A stretch of 64,000 nucleotides of DNA from Heteronotia binoei (lineage: Eukaryota): contig NC_083230.1 in NCBI RefSeq assembly GCF_032191835.1, positions 93,124,001 to 93,188,000 on the forward strand. Direction: 5' to 3'. The position numbers and the translations under genes are program-made. The notes under the pieces are model-generated. The model was given only the letters and a program-made list of their open reading frames with translations. It was not told the DNA's origin and made no database searches. Shown piece after piece: positions 24,445-38,356 of this stretch. Positions within the stretch are counted from its first letter, which is position 1; the number at the start of each line of letters is the position of its first letter.

Positions 24445-25005
24445 GTGGGAACTGCACTGGCTGCCAATTGTCTACTGAGTTCGTTACAAGGTGCTGGTTA
24501 TCACCTTTAAAGCCCTATATGGCCGAGGACCTGCCTACCTTAGGGACCGCCTCTCTCCATATGTCCCCCAGAGAGCACTGCGTTCCAGCTCACAAAATCT
24601 CTTGGAAATCCCTGGGCCCAAGGAGGCCAAATTAAAAACAGGCCTTCTCTATAAAGGCACTCCAATGGTGGAATCAGCGACCAGAAGAGGTGCGGGCCCT
24701 ACGGGATTTTAACCAGTTCCGTAGGGCTTGCAAAACCGCCCTCTTCCAACTAGCCTTTTAAGATAAACCTAGAATTATCATCAAGCCATCTTGTATATAC
24801 TGCGACAGTAGCACCTTTATACTGTTTTTAGATTGATGATTTTAATGTTAACTTATATATTGTATAATTTATATTGTTCTGTTTATTGACTGTATTATTT
24901 TGTTTTATTGTTATACCATGATATTTTATATCATGCCTTGTGAGCCGCCCTGAGCCTGCTTCGGCGGGGAGGGCAGGGTATAAAAAAATTTATTATTATT
25001 ATTAA
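24445..25005 (+). mobile_element. L2 3' end with internal deletion
   Basis: ORF 24491..24712 (LVITFKALYGRGPAYLRDRLSPY); terminal gagccgccctgagcc...tattattatt. Confidence 0.85.
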
Positions 25006-26914
25006 TATAGTTGTGGGGTCTGGCCTGGAAGAAGACTGAACTTTTAATCTCTTATTTCACCTTCAGCACTTATTGAGTCTTAATATTTTGTTAGTTAAGC
25101 AATGGAAGGGCTGAGGGACACTGTTGTTGGGCTGTGCTTAGGGCATCAGTTGGCCTTAATGGAAAAACAGAAAGGGAATTAATCAATGTACAACTCTTGA
25201 TGGTAGTAACCTGTAACAAAATGGTATGGGATTACTATCTCTCCAAGGCATTCTGCAATTTCTGGTTGTTCTTGAGTCAAAACAGTTTCTAATTGTTCTT
25301 GGGACACATCAGATGCACAATATGGCTTTTTTTCTGCCGAAGCACACTGGAGCAGAGCTCCACCTAAGCTAGCCAGGGCTCTGGATGGCCCAACCTGCCA
25401 TGCGGCCACCACGTGCTCCCAGGCCAGGCAGTGTGGCCTAATATGTAAATGAGCTCCTGCTGAGCTTTTTCTACAAAAAGCACTGGATATTATGGAGCAA
25501 GAGATTGGGTGCAAAAATTGTGTTTTTCTTTAAGGCAATGTAGGCTCTTATTTTGATAGCTATTTAATGTGTAAGATGCAAATTATTTGTGCTCCAATAG
25601 TGTTACTTGTTTATTATGTTAGTTATATAATTACTTCCTGTCTTCCATCCATATTTGGATAAAGGAGTCATGGTTCCTGTCTTCCTGTCTTCCATCCATA
25701 TTTGAACAAAGGAGTCATGGTGGTAGTATCCACTGTTTCTAAGCCACCATACTCTAGTACAGATCAAAAATGTATGGGTTTTTAAAAATGGTGTTTTCCC
25801 TTCTTAATTCCTTTCTTGGTATTGCTTGCCAACTTCATTGGGATCCAGCTTTTATACAGAATCTGAGCCTTGAATTTAAATGCCAGTTTTATATTGGTAT
25901 TTTAAGTTTAATTGATTTTAGCTGATTTATATTTGATTTTAGAACCCATGCTAGCCAAATGATGGCACAGAAATCTTAAGCTTAGGAGTAACTTTACATC
26001 AGGCTTACATCAGGCATTAATAACAGTCCAAAATGTGTGAAATAGATCAGTCAGCAAAACATAAATTTTGCAGGTGCAGTTCAGATCAGGGAAGTGGAAA
26101 TGGAAGAAGGGAAAAGATTATCTAAGCCTGTTCAGTTTTGCTATTAGCATCTGAGCTAACCATTCACTCATTAGCATTTTAAAGGGTTAGGGATTTGTCT
26201 TTTTTTAAGCCTTTACTTTTTGCCTTTTGAAATGCTAAAAAATAAGTACAGGAGCCCCATTTCAATTAGTGAAACCAAATGTCAGCTGAAGAATTAAATC
26301 TCTCCCTCTCTCTTCCTTCATAGTTCCAATATGAATCTGAGGTGCACACCTTTGTAAACTGATGGAGATCCATGGCCTTTGTCACATCTCTTTTGGCCCT
26401 AAAATCAGAATGTGTACACCTGAGATTCAGATTGCAACCATGCAGAAAAATGCGAGGGGGATTTAATCCTTTAACTGCCTTTGAGGAAATGGTCAGAAAG
26501 GAAACATGGCAAGCTAAAGACTTGAGAAATAAAAAAGACTCCTTTAAGAATTGGAGGGAGGGCCTTATAACCAGGGATGAATATAAACAAATCACCAGTG
26601 CTTGTAGAGAAAAAGTTAGGAAAGCTAAAGCTCAGTATGAGCTTAGGCTGGCCAAAGATGCTAAAAACAACAAGAAAGGGTTCTTTTCTTATGTTCAGAG
26701 TAAGAAAAAGAGCAAGGACATGGTAGGCCCATCGCGAGGGCAACAAAGTGAAATTGTAACCAGTAATGAAGAGAGGGTCAAACTGCTCAATTCCTACTTT
26801 TCCTCAGCCTTCTCTTCTTAGGGAAACAGTGCTCAACATGACAAAAACAGAACATATAAGGAGGGTATGAAGTTCCAAACTAGGATTAGCATAGGGGTAG
26901 TGCATAAACACCTA

Positions 26915-27200
26915 GGGTGTTTTCGCACTGACCTTAATCGGCAGCGACGTCCCTCTTCACTGCGCAGGATCTGCGTGGATTTCGCACCAATTGCTGCGGA
27001 GCACCCGGAAGAGCCGCAAAGTCCCGCGGCTTTTGCGGCACAAATGGAAACTGGTTTTTGGTGGTTTCCATTTGCGCCGCAAAAGCCGCGGGACTTTGCG
27101 GCTCTTCCGGGTGCTCCGCAGCAATTGGTGCGAAATCCGCGCAGATCCGGCGTGGTGAAGAGGGACGTCGCTGCCGATTAAGGTCAGTGCGAAAATGCCC
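26915..27200. mobile_element. PIF/Harbinger-like palindromic MITE
   Basis: TIRs gggtgttttcgcactgacctt / aaggtcagtgcgaaaatgccc; 3-bp TSD cta; removing it restores the CR1 reading KHLVSLNETK; the whole element is a near-perfect hairpin. Confidence 0.85.
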
Positions 27201-27838
27201 CTAGTTTCTTTAAATGAAACTAAGTCCTCAGGGCCAGATGAATTGCAAACAAGGGTTCTAAAAGAGTTTGCAGATGTAATTTCTGAGCCTCTGGCTATTT
27301 TTGAGAATTCTTGGAGAACAGGAGAGGTGCCAGAAGATTGGAGGCAGGCAAATGTTGCCCCCATCTTCGAGAAGAGGGAAAAAGAGGATCCGGGTAACTA
27401 CTGACCCGTCTGTACCTGAAAAAGTTTTAGAACAAATCAAACAGTCGGTCCTGGAACATTTAGAAAGAATGGATGTGATTACTAAGAGCCAGCATGGGAT
27501 TCTCAAGAACAAGTCATGTCAAACTAACCTGATCCCTTTTTTTGAGAAAGTGACTACCTTGCTGGATCAGGGGAATGCTGTAGATATCATTTATCTTGAT
27601 TTCAGTAAGGCTTTTGAAAAGCTTCCACATACTATCCTTGTTAACAAGTTAGTAAAATGTGGTTTGGATCCTGTTACCGTTAGGTGGATCTGTAACTGGT
27701 TGACAGATAGCACCCAAAGAGTGCTTGTGAATGGTTCCTCATCCTCTTGGAGACGAGGGCCAAGTGGAGTGCCTCAAGGATCTGTCCTGGTACCTGTTTT
27801 GTTTAACATCTTTATCAATTATTTGGATGAAGGAATAG

Positions 27839-28128
27839 GAAAAGAAAAGGTCCCCTGTGCAAGCACTAGTCATTTCCGACTCAGGGGTGATGTTGCTTTC
27901 ACAATGTTTTCATGGCAGACTTTTTACGGGGTGGTTTGCCATTGCCTTCCCCAGTCATCTCCCTAGCAAGCTGGGTACATATTTTACTGACCTCGGAAGG
28001 ATGGAAGGCTGAGTCAAACTCGAGCCGGCTACCTGAAAACCCAGCTTCCACCACGGATTGAACTCAGGTTGTGAGCAGAACTTAGGACTGCAGTACTGCA
28101 ACTTTAACAATCTTAACCACAGGGCTCT
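27839..28128 (-). mobile_element. Sauria SINE inserted in the CR1 RT
   Basis: aaggtcccctgtgcaagc...gacctcggaaggatggaaggctgagtcaa; removing it restores LDEGIEGMLIKF. Confidence 0.9.
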
Positions 28129-29080
28129 TTTAAGATAGAGGGAATGCTTATTAAATTTGGTGATGATACTAAATTGGGAGGGGTTGCAAATACAGTAGAA
28201 GACAGAAACATGATACAGGATGACCTTGATAGGCTGGAAAACTGAGCTAAAACCAATAAAATGAATTTTAACAGGGAGAAATGTAAAGTTCTGCATTTAG
28301 GTAGGAAAAATCCAATGCATGGTTATAGGATGGGGGAGACTGGTCTTAGCAGTAGTATGTGCGAAAAGGATCTAGAGGTCTTAGTGGATCATATGTTAAA
28401 CATGAGTCAACTGTGTGATGCGGTAGCTAAAAAGGCAAATGCAATTTTGGGCTGTATCAACAGAAGTATAGTGTCCAGATCACGTGATGTGATGGTATCG
28501 CTTTACTCTGCTCTGGTAATATTTCACCTGGAGTATTGTGTTCAGTTTGGGGCACCACATTTTATAAAGGATATAAACAAGCTGGAACGGGTCCAGAGGA
28601 AGGTGATGAAGATGATGAGGGGTCTGGAGACCAAGTCCTATGAGGAAAGATTGAAGGAGCTGGACATGTTTAGCCTGGAGAGGAGGCGGCTGAGAGGTGA
28701 TATGATCACCATCTTTAAGTACTTGAAAGGCTGTCATATAGAGGATGGTGTGGAATTGTTTTCTGTGGCCCCAGAAGGTAGGACCAGAACCAATGGGTTG
28801 AAATTAAATCAAAAGAGTTTCTGACTCAACATTAGAAAGAACTTCCAGACTGTTAGAGCAATTCCTCAGTGGGACAGGCTTCCTCGGGAGGTGGTGGGCT
28901 CTCCTTCCTTGGAGGTTTTTAAACAGAGGCTAGATGGCCATCTGACAGCAATGAAGATCCTATGAATTTAGGGGGAGGTGTTCGTGAGTTTCCTGCATTG
29001 TGCAGGGGGTTGGACTAGATGACCCTGAAGGTCCCTTCCAACTCTATGATTCTGTGATTCTAAGCTCAATAGCATCAGAT

Positions 29081-29364
29081 GATGAAGAAGAAGATATTGG
29101 ATTTATATCCCACCCTTCACTCGGAATTTCAGAGTGGCTCACAATCTCCTTTATCTGCCTCTCCCATAACAAACACCTTGAGAGGTAGGTGGGGCTGAGA
29201 GAAGCTCTCCCAGAAGCTGCCCTTTCAAGGACAACTCTGCCAGAGCTATGGCTGACCGAAGGCCATTCCAGCAGCTGCAAGTGGAGGAGTAGGGAATCAA
29301 ACTGTTTCTCCCAGATAAGAGTTCATGCACTTAACCACTACACCACTACACCGAACTGGCTCTC
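29081..29364 (-). mobile_element. Squam3-like SINE
   Basis: Same family as 11653-11923. Confidence 0.85.
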
Positions 29365-30469
29365 TGATGAATTCCCTGATGGATTCTTCCTTCCCCATAC
29401 CCTGCCGTCAAATTTCCAAGTATTTCCTAGGCTGGAGTTGGTAACCCCTTGCTGCATGGATTTCATCCTCAGCACATTTGCTTGGAAGTAATTTCCACTT
29501 TTGAATAAATAAGATTTCCTTCTGAATACACATGGTTGGGAATTAGGGTTGTCAGCCTTTGAACTCAAAAAATCTGGCATCCTGGTGAGGCCTGGGGGTG
29601 GAGCAGAGAGGTTTTTGGCAGGTCCAGGAACACAACCTGCTTGTTTGGAACAGATCTAAAAATGGACCCCAACAGTTTTTGCCAGGTTTGAGGACAGAAT
29701 TCAGTGCAAAAACTGTCTGTTTATGTAGGTGAACAGCTTAAAAAATGTGAAGGAAAAGATAATCCAAGTTTGACTTATCTCAAGGGTGAATAGTTTATAT
29801 ATAGTTGTACAGTAATACAGGACACAGTATCCTTAAAAATTATAACATTATAAGGAGAAGGAGGGATCTCTATCTTACAAAGAATGTTTAGCAATTGGGT
29901 GTGTTGTAAGTAGATGACCTGTGAATATGCTGAATTCAGAAAACTCTTTAAAGTAAACAAAAATATAGCTGGTGAAAGATAATGTTTTTGTCGATGCTTA
30001 TACCAAATCAAGAGTGTAAAGTCTCTCTCTTACTGTCTTATTTGCATTTTCCCTTTCATCTGAGGTAATAAGCAACTGCTTCAAGGATAACCCTGCCACC
30101 TGACCTTCTGTGAACTGGAAACTGGAAATGCCAATCGCTGTGGTTGCAATTTCCAAACCAGTGGTGTGGGCCTTCTGTGAACTGTGCTTGGTCACTTCTT
30201 GCCAATTTTTAATCATTATGTTCATTAAGAATGACAGAAGGGGGGGGGAAGAGAGATTTATGTCTGCTTTGAGTAGATAAATACACACTTTCTGTGCTTT
30301 GTTTCTTCACATTTCCTATCCCATTCTTAGTTTTAAATTCATTCTCTAGATGTAAGATCAGAATGATGCAGCTCTATGGCTTGTGCCTTGATATATGTGA
30401 TATGTTCTCTCATTGGTCTAATAAGCTCTTATGGTATGCTGTGATTGGCCACAGTTTCTGATTTTTTCC

Positions 30470-32640
30470 CCAATTTTAAAATGTTTATTAAGTTTGAATA
30501 TAAAAAGGGTAGGAAATGCGGGGTTACAGAAGCAAAAAAGGAAAGGGGATACAAGATAGAAAAACATAAACAAAAATACAAAGAGAAGCAGCATATATAC
30601 CTGTTATATTTCTACCTCAAAACAAAATAACAGATTCTTTCTACCTGAAAGCCTTAAAGTTTTACCCATTATAACCCTTTAATTCTATAGACTTCTTATT
30701 TTGTTATATACTTTTAGCTATTCTGTAGCTTATAATGTAAATCTAAATTTTTCATCTTCAGTACATACAAATGAGAAAAGCAGAAGAACCAACCCTGAAA
30801 CAGAGCTGACTGGTTAAATTTAACATCATTTAAAATAAAAGCTAACTAGTTGGTTTAACAATATTAGCAGTTAACATAAGCATACAAGGTAAATATAGTT
30901 CCTTAATGTTAATTTATTTATTTATAGCAGAGAGAGAAAGCAACAACAGAAAACACAGTGGTTTATCTGTTTTGTTATAGGCAGTTTCTCTTGTCAGAAA
31001 CATCAAGAGCAGATTTAAGATTACAAAATATTTGTGTAGTCTGTTTTATTACAAATTTACCCGGATTGACTTTTTATCTACTTTAAACATTTAGAATTCT
31101 TTAAAAAAATTTGGAGACCATAAATCCTATTTTCGTAATGCTCTGAAAAAACACAAGTTAACATGCAATAGTTACCTCATCTCCCATACTTGATTATTTT
31201 TAGTTAAATAAAAATACATGCAATCTTCTTAGCCCACTCTTAATTACATTATTCTATTTAACTTCCATAGATAATTATTACAAACTGAAGAAAGGCATCC
31301 CAATTCTTAAAGCCTCATTTGCCATTAAGGAATCACTTATTAGCCCCTTTCATTGATTCAACATTAACAAGCTAAATGTAAAAAAAAGTGGAGCAAAAAA
31401 ACAACTCAAAAACAGTTTAAAATCTCTTCTTTTTCAACGCTATCCAAAATTTGATCATCTTGCTGAAATTTGCCTTTTCTCCTCTTGATACCGCCCTTTA
31501 TTTGCTGGAAGTGGTACGATCACCGCTTCGTCACATCCTCCCGTGCAGGCTATAGTCAATGTTGATTTTCGTTTCAACTTTATAACTATGCAGTTATATG
31601 TCTCCATTTTGCTTTTCTTCCAGACCTTTCCCAACAAATCTTTAGCTTTTTTTCTCAGCTTGACAGACATCACTGGGGACTCTTTATTATTCTGCTCATG
31701 TAGATTTTCATTCTCGCTGTATTACAAAATAAAAGTCCCTGTCTGTTGTTGCACCAACTCTGCTAAATGACTAAGTTACTGTTTTAAGGAGGTTATGTTA
31801 ATCATAATATCACATACTTTGATTTGAGCTGCCATTTCCTCCACAAAAAACCCTCAGTCTGTTAATCAAAGTTAGAGAATAGTTCAAAGATGCAGTTAAC
31901 CTATTTCCTTCAGCTTCAAATTCTCCTCCTGCATTTCAATTATAACCATTTCAGTCCTAATTAAGCATCACATACATTTCTTTTGTAAGCATATCCCATT
32001 TTTGTTCAGACCCTATTGTAACCAGGTGATCTCATTGACGCTTATTTATTTATAAACCAAATCAATTCAAATATCTTTGCTCAGTCCAGTTTAAATTGTT
32101 GAAAGTTTCCAGTTTGTTCTTTGCTTTCTGAAGCCTTCCTTGCAGAGAAAAAAAAAGGGGGGGGATTTCCCTCCTCTTCACCTTTCTTTTGGAACAGTTC
32201 CAATTGTTGTTATGTTAAAAGATCAATTAACCCATATTGCTAGAAAGCTGACTTACTTTCATGGTAGAATTCCAGTGATTAAGGTAGAAGAATGATGCAT
32301 CAGAAGCTTATTGAAAGAGAAGAACAGTCGGGCAATCACCTCTTGCTGCCATTATGGCGATCTTGGCAGTGGGAGCACTGGAGCAGACAGGAAAAACAGG
32401 GAACAACCGCTGTTGTTTCTCTGGATCCTGTCGAGTTCCTTGCTAGCAGGGGGCCTCCCCAAGGCCCCCCTCGGGATGCTACGGCTGTAGCACCCATCAT
32501 ACCACCTGATTGGGGAGGGGGGTCATTGGCGCCAAGCTCCTCCAACCACCTCCTAGGTCGAGGTGCTGAAACCCAGGAAGACCCTTTCTGTTAAGTCTTC
32601 TGGAGCAGAGCTGGCCACAGTTTCTGATGTGGCCACTGGG
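30470..32640 (-). mobile_element. Old internally deleted L1 (5'UTR and ORF1-like remnant plus 3' end)
   Basis: GC-rich 5'UTR-like stretch at 32290-32640; Lys-rich ORF1-like ORF 31455..31673; A-rich minus strand ending in an A-tract near 30470. Confidence 0.5.
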
Positions 32641-34275
32641 ACAAGCTGGATGTGGTCATTTGAGGGTCTTCATTTTCAATGGATGCACTTTAACTTAGGC
32701 TACCTCTTGGACATGGAACCAGTTCCAGAACACATACAGGATTCTTGCCTCTTCCTCTCCTTCCATGCCTCAACTTTGCTCAGTTTTGTTCCTTGTACTT
32801 GCAGAGTCCCACCAGCATAAAGCTTACACCTATACTAGTCTCCCAACAGTGAAAAAGTATCTCCACTCCATCATATTTTTCCCAGCAGCCCAGCATTCAG
32901 GACAGCTAGTAAAATGGGCTTTAGCAATAGTTCTCTGCCATCCAGTGAGTGTAAAGCAAAGATAGATTTTCTAAAAACAATGTTGTAACGGTGTTATTGT
33001 AGCTACCTGCTTCAAATAATTTTAGCTATTTAAAGCATTCCTATCCAGATGTTCTCCCAAAGGGTCCAAGGCAATTTACAGAAGATGTTAATAGGCATAT
33101 AGCAATTAAAACATTCTGTATATAAAGTAACTCAAAGCAATAAATTAATAAAGCCTAAACACACAGCTCTGCAAACAATACCACAATTGAAATATTATCA
33201 GAGAAATGACACAATTGAAGTATTATCAAGGAAATGCAAAGTAGTTCTTTCAATAGGGCATCTCCCCACCCCAATCACATTAAGAATGGTACCCTCCTGA
33301 CCTGTTAATGTAGGCTGTTCAACATGCTTAGTATGACCATCATAAAGACCTAAGCTCTGGCCATGGCTTACTTCATACTTTTAAAGGATAGTAGAGCATT
33401 CAAGAGAAACTCAGCTGGCACAAGGTCCAAGGGGAGAGACAGTCCTTCATTTTTGGTGTTCATTATGACAGTGTTGCCTTGTATGGCATGGGTATCTTGG
33501 TTACTGAAAACTATGGTTATTGAAAACAGCTGCATATATCTACTAAAATCTTGATGAATAAATCCACTTTTTTCTGTTCATGTGACTGATTCAAAATGTA
33601 GTTCTTCCCAAGGATCATCTGTGATTCAAAACAGATGAGACTTAAAAATGTCAAAACAGACAAAGGTTTCAAATAAATCCAACTTGATGACACTATTAAC
33701 AATCTAGTAATAGAGAACATATTTTTATTTCAAATCATTTAGAAAATTATGACACTATCGATGGCCACCCAGTTTAATAAAAGCATAGGGGGAGGGGGTG
33801 AGAATCATATTTTAAAAATGCAATGATGTTTGCTCACAACAGATGTAACAAAGAAGCTACACAGCCAGGATTGATACACAAGAAGAACTGGATAGAATGT
33901 AAGAAATATGGACTTCAAGGTTAATAATATGCCATTCATTGAAATGTAAACAAAAGTTTGTCAGGCCTTTTAACTGCTGCTGAACTTTGTATTATCTTGG
34001 CCCTGGTCAAAGCTGAAACTGTATGAATCATTCTACACTGGCAGAAGCCAAAAATCAGCCACGTCATGGTAAAGGGGAAAACAGAGTGAACAACTAAAAG
34101 GTATGAGAATGTTAATGAACAGGAGGAGCAAAAGTCATAATGATTATCTTCACAAAATTGACAGCTAGAAATCAACTACTGGACTCCAACTTTGTTCTAT
34201 TGCTTCAGACCAACATGGCTGCCCACCTGGATCTAGCTAGAAATCAGTTACCCAGTAGAGGATAGTTCACAATAC

Positions 34276-34765
34276 TAGGGTTGCCAATCCCAAGTTGAGG
34301 GCAGGGGATTCCCTGGTTTGGAGACCCTCCCCAGTCATCAGAAAGTAGGGGGGAGGGAAATGTTTGCTGGGCATGCCATTATTTCCTATGGAGACTGATT
34401 CCTATTGAGTATAATGGAGAATTGATCCATGGTTATCTGGGGTTCTAGGGGGCTGGTTTTTAGGTAGAGGCACCATATTTGAAGCAAAGCATCCAGTGGC
34501 TCTCCTCAAAACACCCTCCAAGTTTCAAAAGGATTGGACCAGGGGGTCCAGTTCTATGAGCCCCCAAAGAAGGTGTCCCTATCTCATTATTTTCAATGAA
34601 GGGAAGGCATTTAAAAGATGCATAGTCCCTTTAAATGTGATGGCCAGAACTCCCTTTGGAGTTCAATAATGCTTGTCACAACCTTGCTCTTGGCTCTACC
34701 CCAATGTCTCCTGGCTCCACCCCCAAAGTCCTCAGCTATTTCTTAAATTGGACCTGGCAACCCTA
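34276..34765. mobile_element. Non-autonomous hAT-like element, long TAGGGTTGCCA family
   Basis: TIRs tagggttgccaa / ctggcaacccta; 8-bp TSD cacaatac/cataatac. Confidence 0.85.
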
Positions 34766-35249
34766 CATAATACTTGTGAAACTAAAACTGTGATCAAAGG
34801 AGAAAAGAAATAAATCTGAAAGAGACATCAACTTGTTTCACAAAAAATTACCAGGATCTTGGAAACTCTTGAAAGTCCCTAAACCAATAAGAATTTTCAA
34901 TGCCCCTGAAAAATCAAAGCCACCCATTAAAGTTTATTCTCCAAATATTATTTTTCAAAACAAGTAAAACATGATATCCAGATGATCCCATTTCTGATAG
35001 ATCCCTTTGATGAGTGTGAAGTTGTCATTTACCTTTGTGGGCTCATCACTTAGCCTTATCTACATCATTGCTTTATAGCATACGGCTTTATCGCTGCCCA
35101 CCCCAAAAAATCAGCAAATGGTATTATAAACTTTGAGATACACCAGTCAGACTTACTGTAATTAATGCCTTAAAAAAACAGTGTGAACAAAGCCTAGCCA
35201 AAATAACAACCAAGCTAAAGACTTGACTCCTTGTGACGTGAGCATACGA

Positions 35250-35340
35250 ACAGTGCAATCCTAAACAGAGTTGCATCTTATAAATCCATTGAAATCAATA
35301 AGCTTAGAAGTATGTAGCTCTGTTAAGGTTTGCAGTGTAA
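35250..35340. mobile_element. About 90-bp hairpin MITE (second copy at about 62251-62340)
   Basis: cagtgcaatcctaaacagagtt...ctctgttaaggtttgcagtg inverted termini. Confidence 0.6.
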
Positions 35341-36009
35341 TACGCTTAGGATAAAATCTACTTAGCTCCAAAAAAAAGATGTGCAGCACCAAATGAAAGC
35401 TAATAATTTATGGCATGAGCTAAAAATAATAGTGGCTGGAATTGGGAAAAACCTGTTCTGTGTCAGCATTTTAAAAAACTCACAGAGGTCAGTCTGGGTT
35501 AAAGTGGTTGGCCTTTTCCTAAAGGTTTTGGCCTTCAACTGTCAAATCATCCTCCACCCCAAAATGAAACAAGCTACACAGAAACAGGAAATTGGGAAAA
35601 ATAATAAAACCTCAGGATTTTTGCACCTGTGCTAGCCTCCCAACAGTGCAAGTTTTTCAATAGCACTATGTTTTCTGAACTGAATTTAAAAAAAAAAAAA
35701 ACCTGATCAAAGAACTTTGTCAATGTGATAAACTGTAAAATTATCTTTATGTGTTGAATCACAGAGAGCAGAGCATTGGAATCACATAGGAGTGAATCAT
35801 GAAAAATAATACTAACATTCCATTTTTATAATGATTTCCTGATAGACCTCCTATCTTCATAGTTTCTTCAGTAGAGGACCTTGGAAATAAATAAAGCATA
35901 TACAGATATAAAAAACTACATGCTGACAACTGTACCAGAAGCTAAGGTTCTGAGATAACTATAAACTATGGTTTATAATCCATACTTTGATCAAAATCTA
36001 GTTAGTTGT

Positions 36010-36212
36010 GAACATGTGAAGCTGCCTTATACTGAATCAGACCCTTGATCCATCAAAGTCAGTATTGTCTTCTCAGACTGGCAGCGGCTCTCCAGGGTCT
36101 CAAGCTGAGGTTTTTCACACCTATTTGCCTGGACCCTTTTTTGGAGATGCTGGGGATTGAACCTGGGACCTTCTGCTTCCCAAGCAGATGCTCTACCACT
36201 GAGCCACTGTTC
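36010..36212 (-). mobile_element. Squam2-like tRNA SINE
   Basis: gggattgaacctgggaccttctgc...ctctaccactgagcc (reverse-complemented B and A boxes). Confidence 0.8.
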
Positions 36213-36292
36213 CTTGTGGCATATGAATACAGAGGGTCAGGGTTTCTTGACTGGAGAACAAATAGGATTTCAGCTCTGGTTGGTGGCTGGTA

Positions 36293-36509
36293 TAGGTTTG
36301 CAAATTCCAGGTTGGAAAATACCTGGAGATTTGGAGGGGATCTTTAGGAAGGTGGGGTTTGGGGAGGAAAGGGACTTCAGAGGGATATAATACCATAGAA
36401 TCCATCTTCCAAAATGGCCATTTTCTCCAGGTGAACTGATCGCTGTTGACTGAAGAGCAGTTATAATGACAGGAGATCTCCAGTCACCACCTGGATGTTG
36501 GCTACCCTA
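36293..36509. mobile_element. Short TAGGGTTGCCA-family hAT-like MITE
   Basis: Degenerate TIRs; matches the copies at 45529 and 52602. Confidence 0.7.
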
Positions 36510-37717
36510 AAGTGGTACAGTATGTTAACTACAGTTTGCACTAACATTTGAACTCACAGACCATAATTTGTTGAGTAATAGCCTACTGCAGCTGCCTGAC
36601 CACAGAGACGGCAGTATGAGGGAAATGTCCGCTCTGCTGAGAGGTGGGAGAGAAGGCAGGAAGCAAACTGAGATTTATGCGCAAATGAGGATTTATTAGT
36701 TACACCTGGTAGACTAATCAGAGTTTTGTTGTACAAACCACAATTTGAACAAGCCACAGTTTATCATGACATCCGAATATAGCCTAGGTGTCATGGTGTG
36801 TGCTGGTCAAGCCAAACTCTGTATAAACCAACAATATCTTTACATTTACCAACTCACCTTAAAATTCTTTTAACAAAATTCCACTGAGGAAGCAGATTAC
36901 TGCTCAGTTCTTATGCAGCCAGTGAGATTTCTATTCAGTCACCCCAAGTTCATTCACATTGCTGGAAAATAACAGCAAAGGTTTGGAAGGGCTAGGCCTG
37001 AGCAGAAAGAGAAATATATTGAATGTTTTTAAAGATATAAATTTCCTAGAACTGCTGGAAAGGCTGTTGCAGCATGTGAACCCTCCCCCATCCAAGTTGC
37101 ATTGCTCAATAGTATGACTCCAGTCAAGAGGCTGACCTCAGATGGTTGTGTAACTCATAACCATAGCAGTGTCAATTTTTGGCAAACACATTCTGTGATT
37201 TTAAAACTCAGGAGTGTTGTTATATTTAGTTCAAGGTGATTTTCTGAATTATGAACTCACTCATTTTGCAGGGTTATTTTATCCCAATGAATGGCATTTG
37301 CAGACTCTGATGCCAGAATGTTAGCCACATGATTTGGGAACTCTTATCTAATCACAGAAAGTAAAAAAGAAAGTAGTCAGGCTCAGCAGCATACAGGCCA
37401 TCTCAAACAAGCCAATAACATTGCCTGTAGGAAATAATTACAATTCATGCCTTCCTTCATCCAAGAAACTCAAGGCATAGCCCATTCTCTCTATTCCATC
37501 CTTGGAGCAACCCCATGAGATATGTGAGGCTGGAAAGTGATTGTCTCAAGATGAGCATCATGGCAGTGTAGGGATTTGAATACAGATCTCTCTGGTTGTC
37601 ACCTGACATCTAAGCACTACTGTACACTGGTTCCCAAGTACTGTTATGAACAACTTTATCAAAGACAACTCTCTGCTCAGCTCTTAATCTAAATTTGGCA
37701 TATGGAAGACATTAAAG

Positions 37718-38356
37718 CAGGGGTGGGGAACCTTTTTTCTGCCAAGGGCCATATGGATATTTATAACATAATTTGTGGGCCATACAAAATTATCAACAAA
37801 AAATGGTACTCCACTGAGGGAAAATGATTCAGGTCAGCAAAATTAATGCAAATAATTGTTTATCTATTTGAAGTCATGTGGGGCCTAATCTGGCATGCAC
37901 ACACACACACACACACCGGGCCCACTGCCCTAGGCAAATGCCTAGGTCCAGGACTTTTTTGTAGAAAAAGCCCAGCAGGAACTCTGTAGCATATTAGACC
38001 ACATCCCCTAATATTAGCATATTAGGTCACACACCTATTAGCATATTAGGCCACACTATCTGGGATAATCAAGTGCAAACTGAACTGTGGCAGTAACTTT
38101 TCCAGGCTCTGCAGCAATTCTGGCCTGCCAGCCAGACCCCAGGGACGCTATCGCGCAGTACATCTGGGCCCTGTGATCCCTGCCTGGCCCTGGGGAGGCT
38201 GCTGCACAGCGCAGCTGGGCCCCACAATCCTCACTGGCCAGCCAGGCCCCAGGGAGGCTGCCACATGGCTCAGTTCGGCCCAGCAATCCCCAAGGGCCAC
38301 ACCAAGTGACCTCGAGGGCCGTATACGGCCCTCGGGACGGAGGTTTCCCACCCCTG
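37718..38356. mobile_element. hAT MITE (CAGGGGTGGGGAACC termini) containing a CAGGGCTTTTTT-family MITE at about 37948-38110
   Basis: Exact 8-bp TSD cattaaag at 37710-37717 and 38357-38364. Confidence 0.85.

Larger units (their letters stand above)
26455..29062 (+). mobile_element. CR1 LINE, 5'-truncated ORF2 pseudogene with two nested insertions
   Basis: [69 protein letters not shown] and LERRRLRGD motifs; (TTCTATGA)-type tail at 29041-29062. Confidence 0.95.
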
